NCBI GenBank assembly: GCA_964610875.1
Contig: CAZSWP010000001.1
Span: forward strand, 102,161 to 166,160
Length of the DNA: 64,000 bases
Reading direction: 5' to 3'
Source of the DNA: an uncultured archaeon
GTDB taxonomy: Archaea > Asgardarchaeota > Thorarchaeia > Thorarchaeales > Thorarchaeaceae
Position numbers and translations under genes: made by a program. Below, in pieces: positions 28,418-37,194 of the stretch; the first letter of the stretch is position 1; each line of letters begins with the position of its first letter. The notes beneath the pieces are model-generated. The model did no database searches and was not told the DNA's origin. It was given only the letters and a program-made list of their open reading frames with translations.

Positions 28418-28737
28418 TGATGATGGTGGGCGTGCGGGAACGTTGCCGACCATAATCTGCATAAGAAAAGGCGGGTGCGTGGGCTAGTTTTTCGTTACAT
28501 GCCCTCAATTACGAAACTCCCATCGCGTCGGAATACCCGTCGTGAGAGGAACCCTCCTACCACGATTTCCCACGAACCCGCCACCTTTTCCTAAAAATCG
28601 TGGGATAGGCTTCGGCCTGGACAATTGGGGGCATGTGACTGAATTACCATATTATCCTTGAAACAATTCTATCCGATATCTTTCTAGCTTAATGGTTCAA
28701 TGAATGAAAGATGAACCACTAACCCGCCACCTTCTTC
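28418..28737 (+). ncRNA. Candidate unclassified large structured RNA (~320 nt)
   Basis: GC-rich island in a 770-nt ORF-free AT-rich gap, TATA-like box at ~28389-95. Contains a GGAA-capped hairpin, a C(UUCG)G hairpin (28607-18), a 17-bp helix 28494-510:28623-39 and a duplicated AACCCGCCACCTT (28575-87, 28721-33). Confidence 0.65.
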
Positions 28738-28858
28738 GTAATGACTCAATGTCAAGAATTAATTCATCCAATTCCTTTCATGAGGAAATTTCTGACAACA
28801 ATGCGTGGCTGAAAAGCCTTATTTCCCCTTATCCGTCCGTCAGAACCGTGACATAATC

Positions 28859-30247
28859 ATGCTCGATAAGATGGAACGAGCTCTATCTGATCTCCAGGAT
28901 ACTGATGTTTCATTCTCGGAGATAAGAAATGAGGTACGTACTTCTACCAGAATATATGTGACAAATGCATCACTCCGAGATTTTTCAAGACGTGGCAAAG
29001 CGGGAACAGTTGCTCGAGTATTGGTTGGTGAATGCTGGGGCCAAGCAACCTCGACAGATGAGGTGACAAGCAGTCTTTTGAAAGAACTGTTGGAAACCGC
29101 TACTAGAATGGCGAAACATAATGCTAGTCATTCAAGGAAAAAAATTGATCTCTCTGAAGTGAAGGCCATCCAAAAACAAGTCTTTCAGAAAATGAAAGAA
29201 GATCCTGAGAGTGTGTCTGATGAAGAGAAGGCAAAGATTGTCTTCGAGATTGATAAGGCTCAAGAAATTGATGAGCGTGTTGTCAATACAAATAGTGTAT
29301 ATCAAGACACCAAGAAGCATACATTATTAGCTAACTCTGAAGGAACCCGTCTTGAGTGGGATGAGATTCGAACCTATGTAATTGCCCAAAGTGTTGCAAA
29401 GGAAGGTACGAATACACAATTTGATTACGAGGTCAAGGACTCGCTGAGTGGTTTTGAACTAGTAAGGAATTTGGATCCAAGTGAATTCGGTGCAAAATGT
29501 GCTGAAGGTGCTGTCAACTTGCTATCAGCTGAAAAGCCTCCGTCTGGAGAGATGACCGTTGTTGTAGACGGTAATATTGCAGGATTGATTGCCCACGAGG
29601 TCTGTGGTCATGCAAGTGAAGCAGATGAGGTTGTTAAAGGAAGGTCCTTTCTTACTGACAAAGTAGGTGTAAAACTAGCTGCAGAAGGAGTGTTTCTCGT
29701 TGATGACGGAACGCTTGACGGACTAGTTGGTTCATTCCCCTTTGATTCTGAGGGCACACGGTCATCTCGCACTTCTATAATCGAAAACGGAGTATATTCA
29801 GGCTATTTACATACCCTCGAAACATCTGCGATAATGGGAGTTAAACCAACAGGTAATGGTCGAGCTGAGGATTATAACAGACGTATTTATGCTCGAATGA
29901 CGAACACATTCTTTGATAAGGGCGACTGGACGAAATCTGAGATTATAGAGGATACCAAGAACGGTCTCTATCTTATCAAAGGGACTTCAGGCATGGAAGA
30001 TGTCGTTGGAGGTGGTGTCCAAGCTACTTGTTTGAAAGGTTACATCATCAAGAATGGCGAGATCGGTCAACTTCTTAGAGGAATGAGTATTACTGGTCAA
30101 GTATTGGAGATCCTTAAGACAGTTGATGCTGTAGGTGATACTTTGGAGTTCTCAGGTGGGACTTGTGGGAAAGGCGAAGAGGACTTTGTACCTGTGACTT
30201 CAGGAGGCCCACACATGCGAGTAAGAATTGTTGTAGGAGGAGGATAA
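28859..30247 (+). CDS. tldD: TldD family metalloprotease
   Basis: HEVCGHASEAD, FDSEG, TGNGRA, RMTNT, GTCGK...VPVTSGGP; ATG 28859 likely start. Confidence 0.93.
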   Translation: MLDKMERALSDLQDTDVSFSEIRNEVRTSTRIYVTNASLRDFSRRGKAGTVARVLVGECWGQATSTDEVTSSLLKELLETATRMAKHNASHSRKKIDLSEVKAIQKQVFQKMKEDPESVSDEEKAKIVFEIDKAQEIDERVVNTNSVYQDTKKHTLLANSEGTRLEWDEIRTYVIAQSVAKEGTNTQFDYEVKDSLSGFELVRNLDPSEFGAKCAEGAVNLLSAEKPPSGEMTVVVDGNIAGLIAHEVCGHASEADEVVKGRSFLTDKVGVKLAAEGVFLVDDGTLDGLVGSFPFDSEGTRSSRTSIIENGVYSGYLHTLETSAIMGVKPTGNGRAEDYNRRIYARMTNTFFDKGDWTKSEIIEDTKNGLYLIKGTSGMEDVVGGGVQATCLKGYIIKNGEIGQLLRGMSITGQVLEILKTVDAVGDTLEFSGGTCGKGEEDFVPVTSGGPHMRVRIVVGGG

Positions 30248-30248
30248 T

Positions 30249-31613
30249 ATGCACATAGCCGACAAAGCAAAAGAACTCGTAACCATGGCAGAAAAAAATG
30301 GGGCTTCTCAAGCAGAAGCATACGCAATTATTGCTAAGACTGATAGCATATATATCGATGACAATATCCCGAAAATTGGGGACTCCAAAACGGAGTTTGG
30401 TGTTGGATTCAGATTTATCATTGGTAAGAAAATTGGGTTTACTAGCTCAACCCTTCTCTCAGAATCCACTGAAGATGTGGTGGCACGCGGGAGCTCTATG
30501 GCAAACGTTGTTGAGGATGATCCAAAATTCGTTTCATTACCATCTCCCAAGAAAGTGACTGTTTCTGAGGACAAATTTTTAGATAAAGAAACAGCAAATG
30601 TCGATGCCGCTCATCTCTCTGACAAAGCAATGCTCCTTGTTGATGCAGCTCGTGATAAGCATGTAACAGTCCCAAATGGTGTTATTCGCAGGAGTATCTT
30701 GGAATATCATATTTGTAATTCACTTGGTATAGATATAGGCTCGAAATCAACCGTTCTCTTTGGATATTTCACAGCCAAATCAGAAAATGATGGAACAGTT
30801 GGTGAAGGTGTACAAAGAATGTGGTCTCGCAGAATTGCTGATCTTGACTTCGTTGCTACTGGAAAGAAGCTAAACTCACAAGCGATGGCAGTATTGAAAG
30901 CAAAACCTTTGAAAGAGAACATGGAAGATGTAACTGCCATTCTCGCTCCAAGTGAAGGTAGCGAAATGTTGGGCACTCTAGTTGCATCAGCTGCTTCCGG
31001 ACAGAATGTCAATCTTAGAAGAAGTCCTTGGACCGATAGAGTAGGTGACAAGATTGCTCATGAGAATCTGAGAATGTTCGACAATGGGGTTTCAGAGAAA
31101 GGGATACTCAGTGCTGCTGTTGATGATGAGGGTTTACCAATGCAGACCACGCCACTTATTGAGGAAGGTGTATTGAAGACCTATCTTTATGACAGTTATA
31201 ATGCATACCAGCATGATTTGGAGAGTACTTCCAATGGTATAAGAAGAAGTGCTCGTGAAGCACATGGCAGATTCCTACTTTCTCCTTCATGTGCACCCAC
31301 TACGTTAGAGGTTACACCTGGTTCCAAAACACTTGAGGGGTTGATTGCTGATGTTGATAAAGGTGTATACATCGAACATTTTGCGTATCCTCAAGTCAAT
31401 ACAACATCAGGTAGCTTCTCTAATGAGATTCGAAATGGCCAGTTAATTGAGAATGGTGAAATCACTGGGCAAATCAAGTATGCTTTACTTGTAGGTAATC
31501 TGTATGAAGCAATTCAACGAGAGATTTTACTCTCAAATTCACCAGAAGTGAATTCGAGATGGTTCATGCCTGCAATTGGTCTGACTGGTGTTGAATTAGT
31601 AGGCCAAAAGTAG
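30249..31613 (+). CDS. pmbA: TldE/PmbA family protein
   Basis: Follows tldD; DDEG, LIEEGVLKTYLYD, SGSFS, IENGEI; lacks HExxxH as expected for the non-catalytic partner. Confidence 0.9.
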   Translation: MHIADKAKELVTMAEKNGASQAEAYAIIAKTDSIYIDDNIPKIGDSKTEFGVGFRFIIGKKIGFTSSTLLSESTEDVVARGSSMANVVEDDPKFVSLPSPKKVTVSEDKFLDKETANVDAAHLSDKAMLLVDAARDKHVTVPNGVIRRSILEYHICNSLGIDIGSKSTVLFGYFTAKSENDGTVGEGVQRMWSRRIADLDFVATGKKLNSQAMAVLKAKPLKENMEDVTAILAPSEGSEMLGTLVASAASGQNVNLRRSPWTDRVGDKIAHENLRMFDNGVSEKGILSAAVDDEGLPMQTTPLIEEGVLKTYLYDSYNAYQHDLESTSNGIRRSAREAHGRFLLSPSCAPTTLEVTPGSKTLEGLIADVDKGVYIEHFAYPQVNTTSGSFSNEIRNGQLIENGEITGQIKYALLVGNLYEAIQREILLSNSPEVNSRWFMPAIGLTGVELVGQK

Positions 31614-31677
31614 TCAACAAAGCTCTGGGCGGTATACAATCTTTAATTAGGCTCTTTAACTATTACCTCCCTCGAGC

Positions 31678-32601
31678 TTGATTAAGATGAAACGAAAGTT
31701 CAGGTTGAAATTTGTACATGTAGACGCATTCACCGATGTCCCCTTTGGTGGTAATCCATCTGGTGTAGTACTAAATGCTAATCATCTTAATGACGAGGAA
31801 ATTATCAAGATCGCAAAAGAACTGAATGTTAGAGAGACCGTGTTTGTGTCAAGCTCAACCAGTGCTGATTTTCAGTTCCGTTACATGACCCCGAAACAAG
31901 AAATCGATTATTCAGGTCATTCTACTATAGCTGCTTTTCATGCCTTAGTAGACGAGGGTATGGTGGAAATTGTACAGGACGTAAGTATGTTCTCTCTCGA
32001 AACAAGAACTGGTGTTATTCAGGTTGAAGTTGTCAAGAATGAAACAACGGGGTTCCATGAAATCCAAATAAACCATTCAAAACCAAAATTTCTGGACACC
32101 TATGATTCAAAGGTCTATGCAGAATCTCTCGGGTTAAACCTTGTTGATATCATGTCTCTGTATCCTTTACAAACGGTTGACACGGGAATTCCCCAATTGA
32201 TGGTGCCAGTTGTCAGTATGGATGCATTGAAGCGCGTGAAGCCTGATTGGAGTAAATTGGATGATTTAGCAAAAGATGGCGATTATGTTTCTATTCAAGT
32301 GTTTACAAAAGACACTATGGATGTAACTTCTGATGCTCACGCTCGTCATTTTGCTCGTTCGCTTGGTGTAGAAGAAGACCCCGCTTCAGGGTCATCTGCT
32401 GCAAATATGGGTTGTTATCTTGTTCGTCACGGAATCATTGATGCTGCAAATCCAGTAACTAGTATTGTCATTGAACAAGGTCATATCATGGACCGACCTA
32501 GCAAAATCTTTGTTGAAGTAACACGTGACAGAGAGGAAATTCGTCAGGTCAAGGTAAGTGGCACTGCAGTCACTGTATTGAAAGGTGAAATGTACATCTA
32601 A
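31678..32601 (+). CDS. PhzF-family isomerase/epimerase
   Basis: VDAFTDVPFGGNP, ETVFV, EIDYSGHSTIA, EDPASGS, EQG..MDRPS. Confidence 0.92.
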   Translation: MIKMKRKFRLKFVHVDAFTDVPFGGNPSGVVLNANHLNDEEIIKIAKELNVRETVFVSSSTSADFQFRYMTPKQEIDYSGHSTIAAFHALVDEGMVEIVQDVSMFSLETRTGVIQVEVVKNETTGFHEIQINHSKPKFLDTYDSKVYAESLGLNLVDIMSLYPLQTVDTGIPQLMVPVVSMDALKRVKPDWSKLDDLAKDGDYVSIQVFTKDTMDVTSDAHARHFARSLGVEEDPASGSSAANMGCYLVRHGIIDAANPVTSIVIEQGHIMDRPSKIFVEVTRDREEIRQVKVSGTAVTVLKGEMYI

Positions 32602-32745
32602 TCCTGAATGCTTTACTTCTTTGTGATTAGAATTTCTGAAAACAACTATCGCCAGTTTCATATACATCTCAGAATCATCGTTTATTTATGAACATCTATT
32701 CGACAGATTCAGAAATGCTAAAAAGGCGATTTAGTCGGAATCGCA

Positions 32746-33840
32746 GTGTGGGATTCTACCATGTCGGGATTCAAGGAGATTTGGAATGAAGAACTTGAGC
32801 ATGTGAATAAGGCACTTGGTGCTTATCTCGATAGTAAGATTGAACAAGTTAGTAGACTCGGAGACTGGCATCGCGAATACTACGGAAATATCCGAGAATA
32901 CATGATGCGTGGTGGAAAACGATTAAGACCAATCCTTGTAGCGGTAGCCTACAAACTGATAAAGGACACAATAGATGTTCCTCATCTCTATCGTGCTGCA
33001 TGCTCTGTAGAAATTCTTCATAATGGATCACTACTTCATGATGATCTAATTGACCATGATGAGGTACGACGTGGTGGGAAGACATTTCATGCAATCTATA
33101 GGGACACTCTATTAGATAGAGATGCTTCTAAAGAGAGGGCTGATGATTTTGGGATGGCCATGGCTATCCTTGGTGGCGACTCTCTTCTCAATATGGGGTC
33201 AGAAGCTATCAGTGCTTCTGATTTAGATGCTGATATTGCTGTTAAATGCTTGAAATATTATCAGACAGCTTACCAGTATCTTGCTGATGGTGTCCTATTA
33301 GAAATGACCATGGTGAATCAAAAAGATATCAAGGCAGACACCTATCTGGATATGGTCGCACTAAAGACAGCAGTTCTATTTGAAAAATCACTTCTTATTG
33401 GTGCAAGCATTGCTCGTGCCACTGAATCGCAACTTGAAGCCCTGCAAGAATATGGTGTAAAAGTTGGCCAAGCATTCCAGATGCAAGACGACATCTTAGG
33501 GAGCTTCGGTGATGAAGAAGTAACTGGAAAATCTGCTGATGGTGACATCAAAGAGGGTAAGAAGACTATGCTGGTGTTGAAAGCATACTCTCTAGGAACA
33601 GATGAGCAAAGAGCCAAAATTGATGAATTACTTGGAAAAGATGATATGAGTGATGCCGAAGTAGAGGTTGTTCGCTCAATATTCAAAGAAAGTGGCTCTC
33701 TTGATGCAACTCAAAAGCTTATGGAACAACTCCTATCAGAAGCTCAGACTGCCTTGGATAAAGCAGAACCTGCATTCAATGAGAAATACAAAACATTTCT
33801 CATTGAACTCTCAGAATTTCTAACAAAACGTGATTTCTAG
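32746..33840 (+). CDS. idsA: Polyprenyl (geranylgeranyl) diphosphate synthase
   Basis: GGKRLRP, LHDDLID...RRG, KTA, FQMQDDILG, DIKEGKKT. Confidence 0.92.
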   Translation: MWDSTMSGFKEIWNEELEHVNKALGAYLDSKIEQVSRLGDWHREYYGNIREYMMRGGKRLRPILVAVAYKLIKDTIDVPHLYRAACSVEILHNGSLLHDDLIDHDEVRRGGKTFHAIYRDTLLDRDASKERADDFGMAMAILGGDSLLNMGSEAISASDLDADIAVKCLKYYQTAYQYLADGVLLEMTMVNQKDIKADTYLDMVALKTAVLFEKSLLIGASIARATESQLEALQEYGVKVGQAFQMQDDILGSFGDEEVTGKSADGDIKEGKKTMLVLKAYSLGTDEQRAKIDELLGKDDMSDAEVEVVRSIFKESGSLDATQKLMEQLLSEAQTALDKAEPAFNEKYKTFLIELSEFLTKRDF

Positions 33841-33929
33841 AAAGTAGATTAGGTCGAAAAAATGAGATGTATCTGGAGAACTGAATCGCTCCAGATACTA
33901 TAAGCATCATTTTCTCTTCATGAAGAAAA

Positions 33930-34355
33930 TTACAGCAAAGATAAATGTGAGTCCGTGTGAACAGGAATATGAGGATCGGATGCATAATGTGACATGACAC
34001 CAGCAGCAAAGAACCCTTCCTCCCAATTCCCTGCTGTGAAGTTTGCATATGCGTACTCATACCATGTTGCTGCAGCTTTAGGTGCATTATATTCTCCTGT
34101 TTCTGGGTAATACAGGTGATTATCCCAATCTTGCCAAGCTTGATCGGGGGTAGTACTGCCCTGCAAGATCTCGGGTGAATAGTACTCAAATACTTCCGCC
34201 CAATCAGTGTCGCTTATCCCATTAATGGCTTCAGAGACCATGAACATATGTGTTGTAAGGCCCCAAGCTTCTGCAGTATTTGCAAGTGGTAGAATTATCA
34301 TGGGAGGGACAGTTGAAAGGAGCAATAACATAACAAGGAAAGATGAACGCTTCAT
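33930..34355 (-). pseudogene. 3'-truncated secreted zinc-dependent phospholipase C / S1-P1-fold protein
   Basis: Signal peptide, then WGLTTH, G...PD, H, HYASDPHIPVH; the ORF stops 7 residues later and lacks the usual downstream His/Glu ligand helix. Confidence 0.55.
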
Positions 34356-34424
34356 ACTGCTATTCTAAAATGAATGTGGTATTAAGTTATAGGGAAAAAA
34401 AGAAAGGTAGGGAGTAGTTGAAAA

Positions 34425-35450
34425 CTACTTCCTCTTCATAAATACTGCAACGATTATTATGACAACTACTACAACACCAACAATACCCAAAATGAGCATC
34501 ATGTCGAATGCTTGGAGTGTCGGAGCTGTGTCCATACCCCAATTGATTGCTTGCTCAACAAGAAGATTTCCTGTGAGAACAACATCGTAGTATTCGTCAG
34601 CATACATCGGCTTATAGTCACCATATGGTGAAGCACCTGCAACCATTAGGACGCCTGTGCCTGCAAGACCGGCATATACCTCAACTGTCATTGCTACAAA
34701 TGGTCCAGTCTGCTCATCAGCGTGAGCAATTGGTGGGATAAGGTCCTGATCAGCAACGACTGCTGCTTCGCTGTAAAGTAGTACTGGATATACATTTGCT
34801 ATGGAGGTTGTAAGTAAGTCAACGCCACCAGCACCATCACCCGTAGTGCTTCCATATAGTAATGTTGGACCATGCATAAGCACTTTGCCCACACCATTAA
34901 CAATATCAGCTATATACGGGTCGTCACCAGTTCCATTTGCTACAACACGATATGATGCATTGCAGTTAGATTCCGCATCACTGACCTGAGATGGTTCAGG
35001 ATAGACGTGTGAGTTGACTGCCGCCAGAAGTGCGCTAGCATTCGCTGGCAGGTAGTTACCGTCATAATCAGAATCAGAACCAACAAACATGTATTTATTT
35101 CCAGCATTGAACCAATCTGCAACCGCAGTGATCTCAGCAGCGGCAAATCCATTGTTTTCACCATAGATTGAACCGACAATCAGACCATCTGCATTTGCTA
35201 GGATTGAATCATTGAGTCCGCCCCATGCCCAAACAACATCAAAACCATCAGCTTCTAGTGCCTCCTTGAGGTCAGTGTCCTCATTTGGAGTGACATAGCT
35301 GCTGTATTGTCCGTGACTCATATCGAACACTATTACAGGGTTCTCTTGAGCACGAACGTTGATTGGGACTAGAGCCAACACCATTGGTGCAAGCAATGCT
35401 GCAATCATAACGAGTGAGGCAAGCTTGCGTGTGTTTAATCCAGCTCTCAT
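34425..35450 (-). CDS. Secreted, C-terminally anchored protein (GldG/DUF4350/GATase-like domain)
   Basis: Signal peptide, VIVFDMSHGQ, FAAAEITAVADWFNAG, C-terminal TM plus KRK. Confidence 0.7.
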   Translation of the reverse strand: MRAGLNTRKLASLVMIAALLAPMVLALVPINVRAQENPVIVFDMSHGQYSSYVTPNEDTDLKEALEADGFDVVWAWGGLNDSILANADGLIVGSIYGENNGFAAAEITAVADWFNAGNKYMFVGSDSDYDGNYLPANASALLAAVNSHVYPEPSQVSDAESNCNASYRVVANGTGDDPYIADIVNGVGKVLMHGPTLLYGSTTGDGAGGVDLLTTSIANVYPVLLYSEAAVVADQDLIPPIAHADEQTGPFVAMTVEVYAGLAGTGVLMVAGASPYGDYKPMYADEYYDVVLTGNLLVEQAINWGMDTAPTLQAFDMMLILGIVGVVVVVIIIVAVFMKRK

Positions 35451-35769
35451 TGTACTATTCTCCTCCTTCTCTGAGAGAAGTTCAGAGAGGATAGACTTCC
35501 TTACATTAGTCCCACTATTTAGCCTTTTAGTTTAAATTAAAATACAGTTAACTATAGAAAATATCTACTATCATTTTGGTGCAAATACTGCATTTACTAT
35601 CTTAAAGATGCATTTCAACATAGATTCTGCAAATGTATCTCTTTTTCTCCTTCTCGATAAAGATTTAATACTTGGATTCATTGAATTCCAAGTAGATGGT
35701 CCTTGAGGAGAATACGATATCGTTCCAAGCATAGTACTTTCTCTATAGGATTAAGAATGGTGGAAATAC

Positions 35770-37194
35770 ATGGCGTCAGGAGAATTCGAAACCGAACGTA
35801 ATATGCGAAATATTGTAATCGCTGTAGTTATTGTAGCAATTATCGGTGTGTCCGCAGTAGTAGTTGTTCTTAACATGCCTGCTGGAGAAACTGGAAGAAC
35901 AATAACCATTGTGACACGTCACGATGTTGCGATACATGCAGCTTATGAAAAGGCATTCCTCGCAACAGAATATGCGATAGAAAACAATATTGTTGACCTA
36001 TCGTGGAAAAGCGTTGATGCGAATTATTGGGATGACTTGATTGAAGCAGGTGGCATCGATGTTCTGTGGGGCGGTGGACCCACAATATTTGATAATATGC
36101 AACGGCAGGGCTATCTTGAACCGATGACAAGTGATGTGCTATTAGCAGCTCTTGAGAGAGTGCCTGATGAAATTGCCGGTGCTGATATGAAACGAATGAA
36201 TGATAACAATGATGTTGTCTGGGTGGCAGCAGCAATTTCTTCATTTGGGTTTACTGTTAATCATGCATTTCTTGATACCTATACCCTACCCACTCCAAAC
36301 AATTGGACTCATCTTGCACAACCAATTTGGGGTAGCATTCTTCCAACCGCAACTATAGCAATGGGCAATGCTCCCAAGACGACATCCAATACAAGAATAT
36401 ATGAAATCATCACTCAGGGTATGGGTTGGGATGCAGGTTGGGTCACACTGGCTAGAATGGCAGGTAGTGCCAATCTTTACCAAGGCTCTGTTGAAACACA
36501 AGCAGCAGCTGAGAATCAGGAAGTTGGAGTTTCAATGTCCATTGACTTCTATGGATATGCTACACAAGCCAACAATCCTGATTGTGAATACATCCTTCCT
36601 CAGGGAGAATCAATTGTAAATGGCGACCCAATTGCACTATGTGCAGAAGCAGATGATGCAGATATTGCCGAGGGTTTCATTGATTGGGTTCTTTCCGCTG
36701 AGGGTCAAGCTGTCTGGTTCACACCGGGAGTCAACAGAATGCCCGTACTAGAATCTGCTTTCCAAACCGAGATTGGTCAAGAGAACGACCTCCTCTATAA
36801 TCTCTATAATCAGACACTTGAAAATCAAGGCATAGATTTCGATGATGATCTCTCATTACAAATCAACACGGCATTCACTGCATACTTTGAAGCTGTGTAC
36901 AACGATGCACATGATGAATTAGTAGCATGTTGGGATGACCTTATTGATGCATACTATAATGGAGATATCACACTAGCTGAATTCAATGATTTTGCAACTC
37001 AGATGGGAACTCCAGTGACCATCGAATATGAAGACTCAGATGAAAAATTCACTGTTGACTTTGCAAAAGATGTGAATGATGCAATGTACGCAGATACTAA
37101 CACATATTATACGTTACAGACTGCGTGGACCGCAGCTGCAATTGCTCAATATGGACAAGTACAGTCTGACTTAGCTGCTTTGATTGGCAGTTAA
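35770..37194 (+). CDS. ABC transporter substrate-binding protein (Fe3+/thiamine-like family)
   Basis: N-terminal TM anchor, IDVLWGGG, SSFGFTVN, IDFYGY, NGDPIAL, FIDWVLS.EGQ. Confidence 0.88.
   Translation: MASGEFETERNMRNIVIAVVIVAIIGVSAVVVVLNMPAGETGRTITIVTRHDVAIHAAYEKAFLATEYAIENNIVDLSWKSVDANYWDDLIEAGGIDVLWGGGPTIFDNMQRQGYLEPMTSDVLLAALERVPDEIAGADMKRMNDNNDVVWVAAAISSFGFTVNHAFLDTYTLPTPNNWTHLAQPIWGSILPTATIAMGNAPKTTSNTRIYEIITQGMGWDAGWVTLARMAGSANLYQGSVETQAAAENQEVGVSMSIDFYGYATQANNPDCEYILPQGESIVNGDPIALCAEADDADIAEGFIDWVLSAEGQAVWFTPGVNRMPVLESAFQTEIGQENDLLYNLYNQTLENQGIDFDDDLSLQINTAFTAYFEAVYNDAHDELVACWDDLIDAYYNGDITLAEFNDFATQMGTPVTIEYEDSDEKFTVDFAKDVNDAMYADTNTYYTLQTAWTAAAIAQYGQVQSDLAALIGS

Noticed and set aside
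28420-28455. Mini-ORF MMVGVRERCRP as a leader peptide
   Set aside because: It coincides with a stable GNRA hairpin and has no informative codon run; better explained as RNA structure, though not excluded.
28418-28737. Identification as SRP RNA, RNase P RNA, tmRNA or a C/D guide
   Set aside because: No SRP helix-8 motif; GAGGAAC lies mid-molecule with no matching CR-V; no tRNA-like ends; UGAUGA (28418) and CUGA (28639) are not brought together by a terminal stem.
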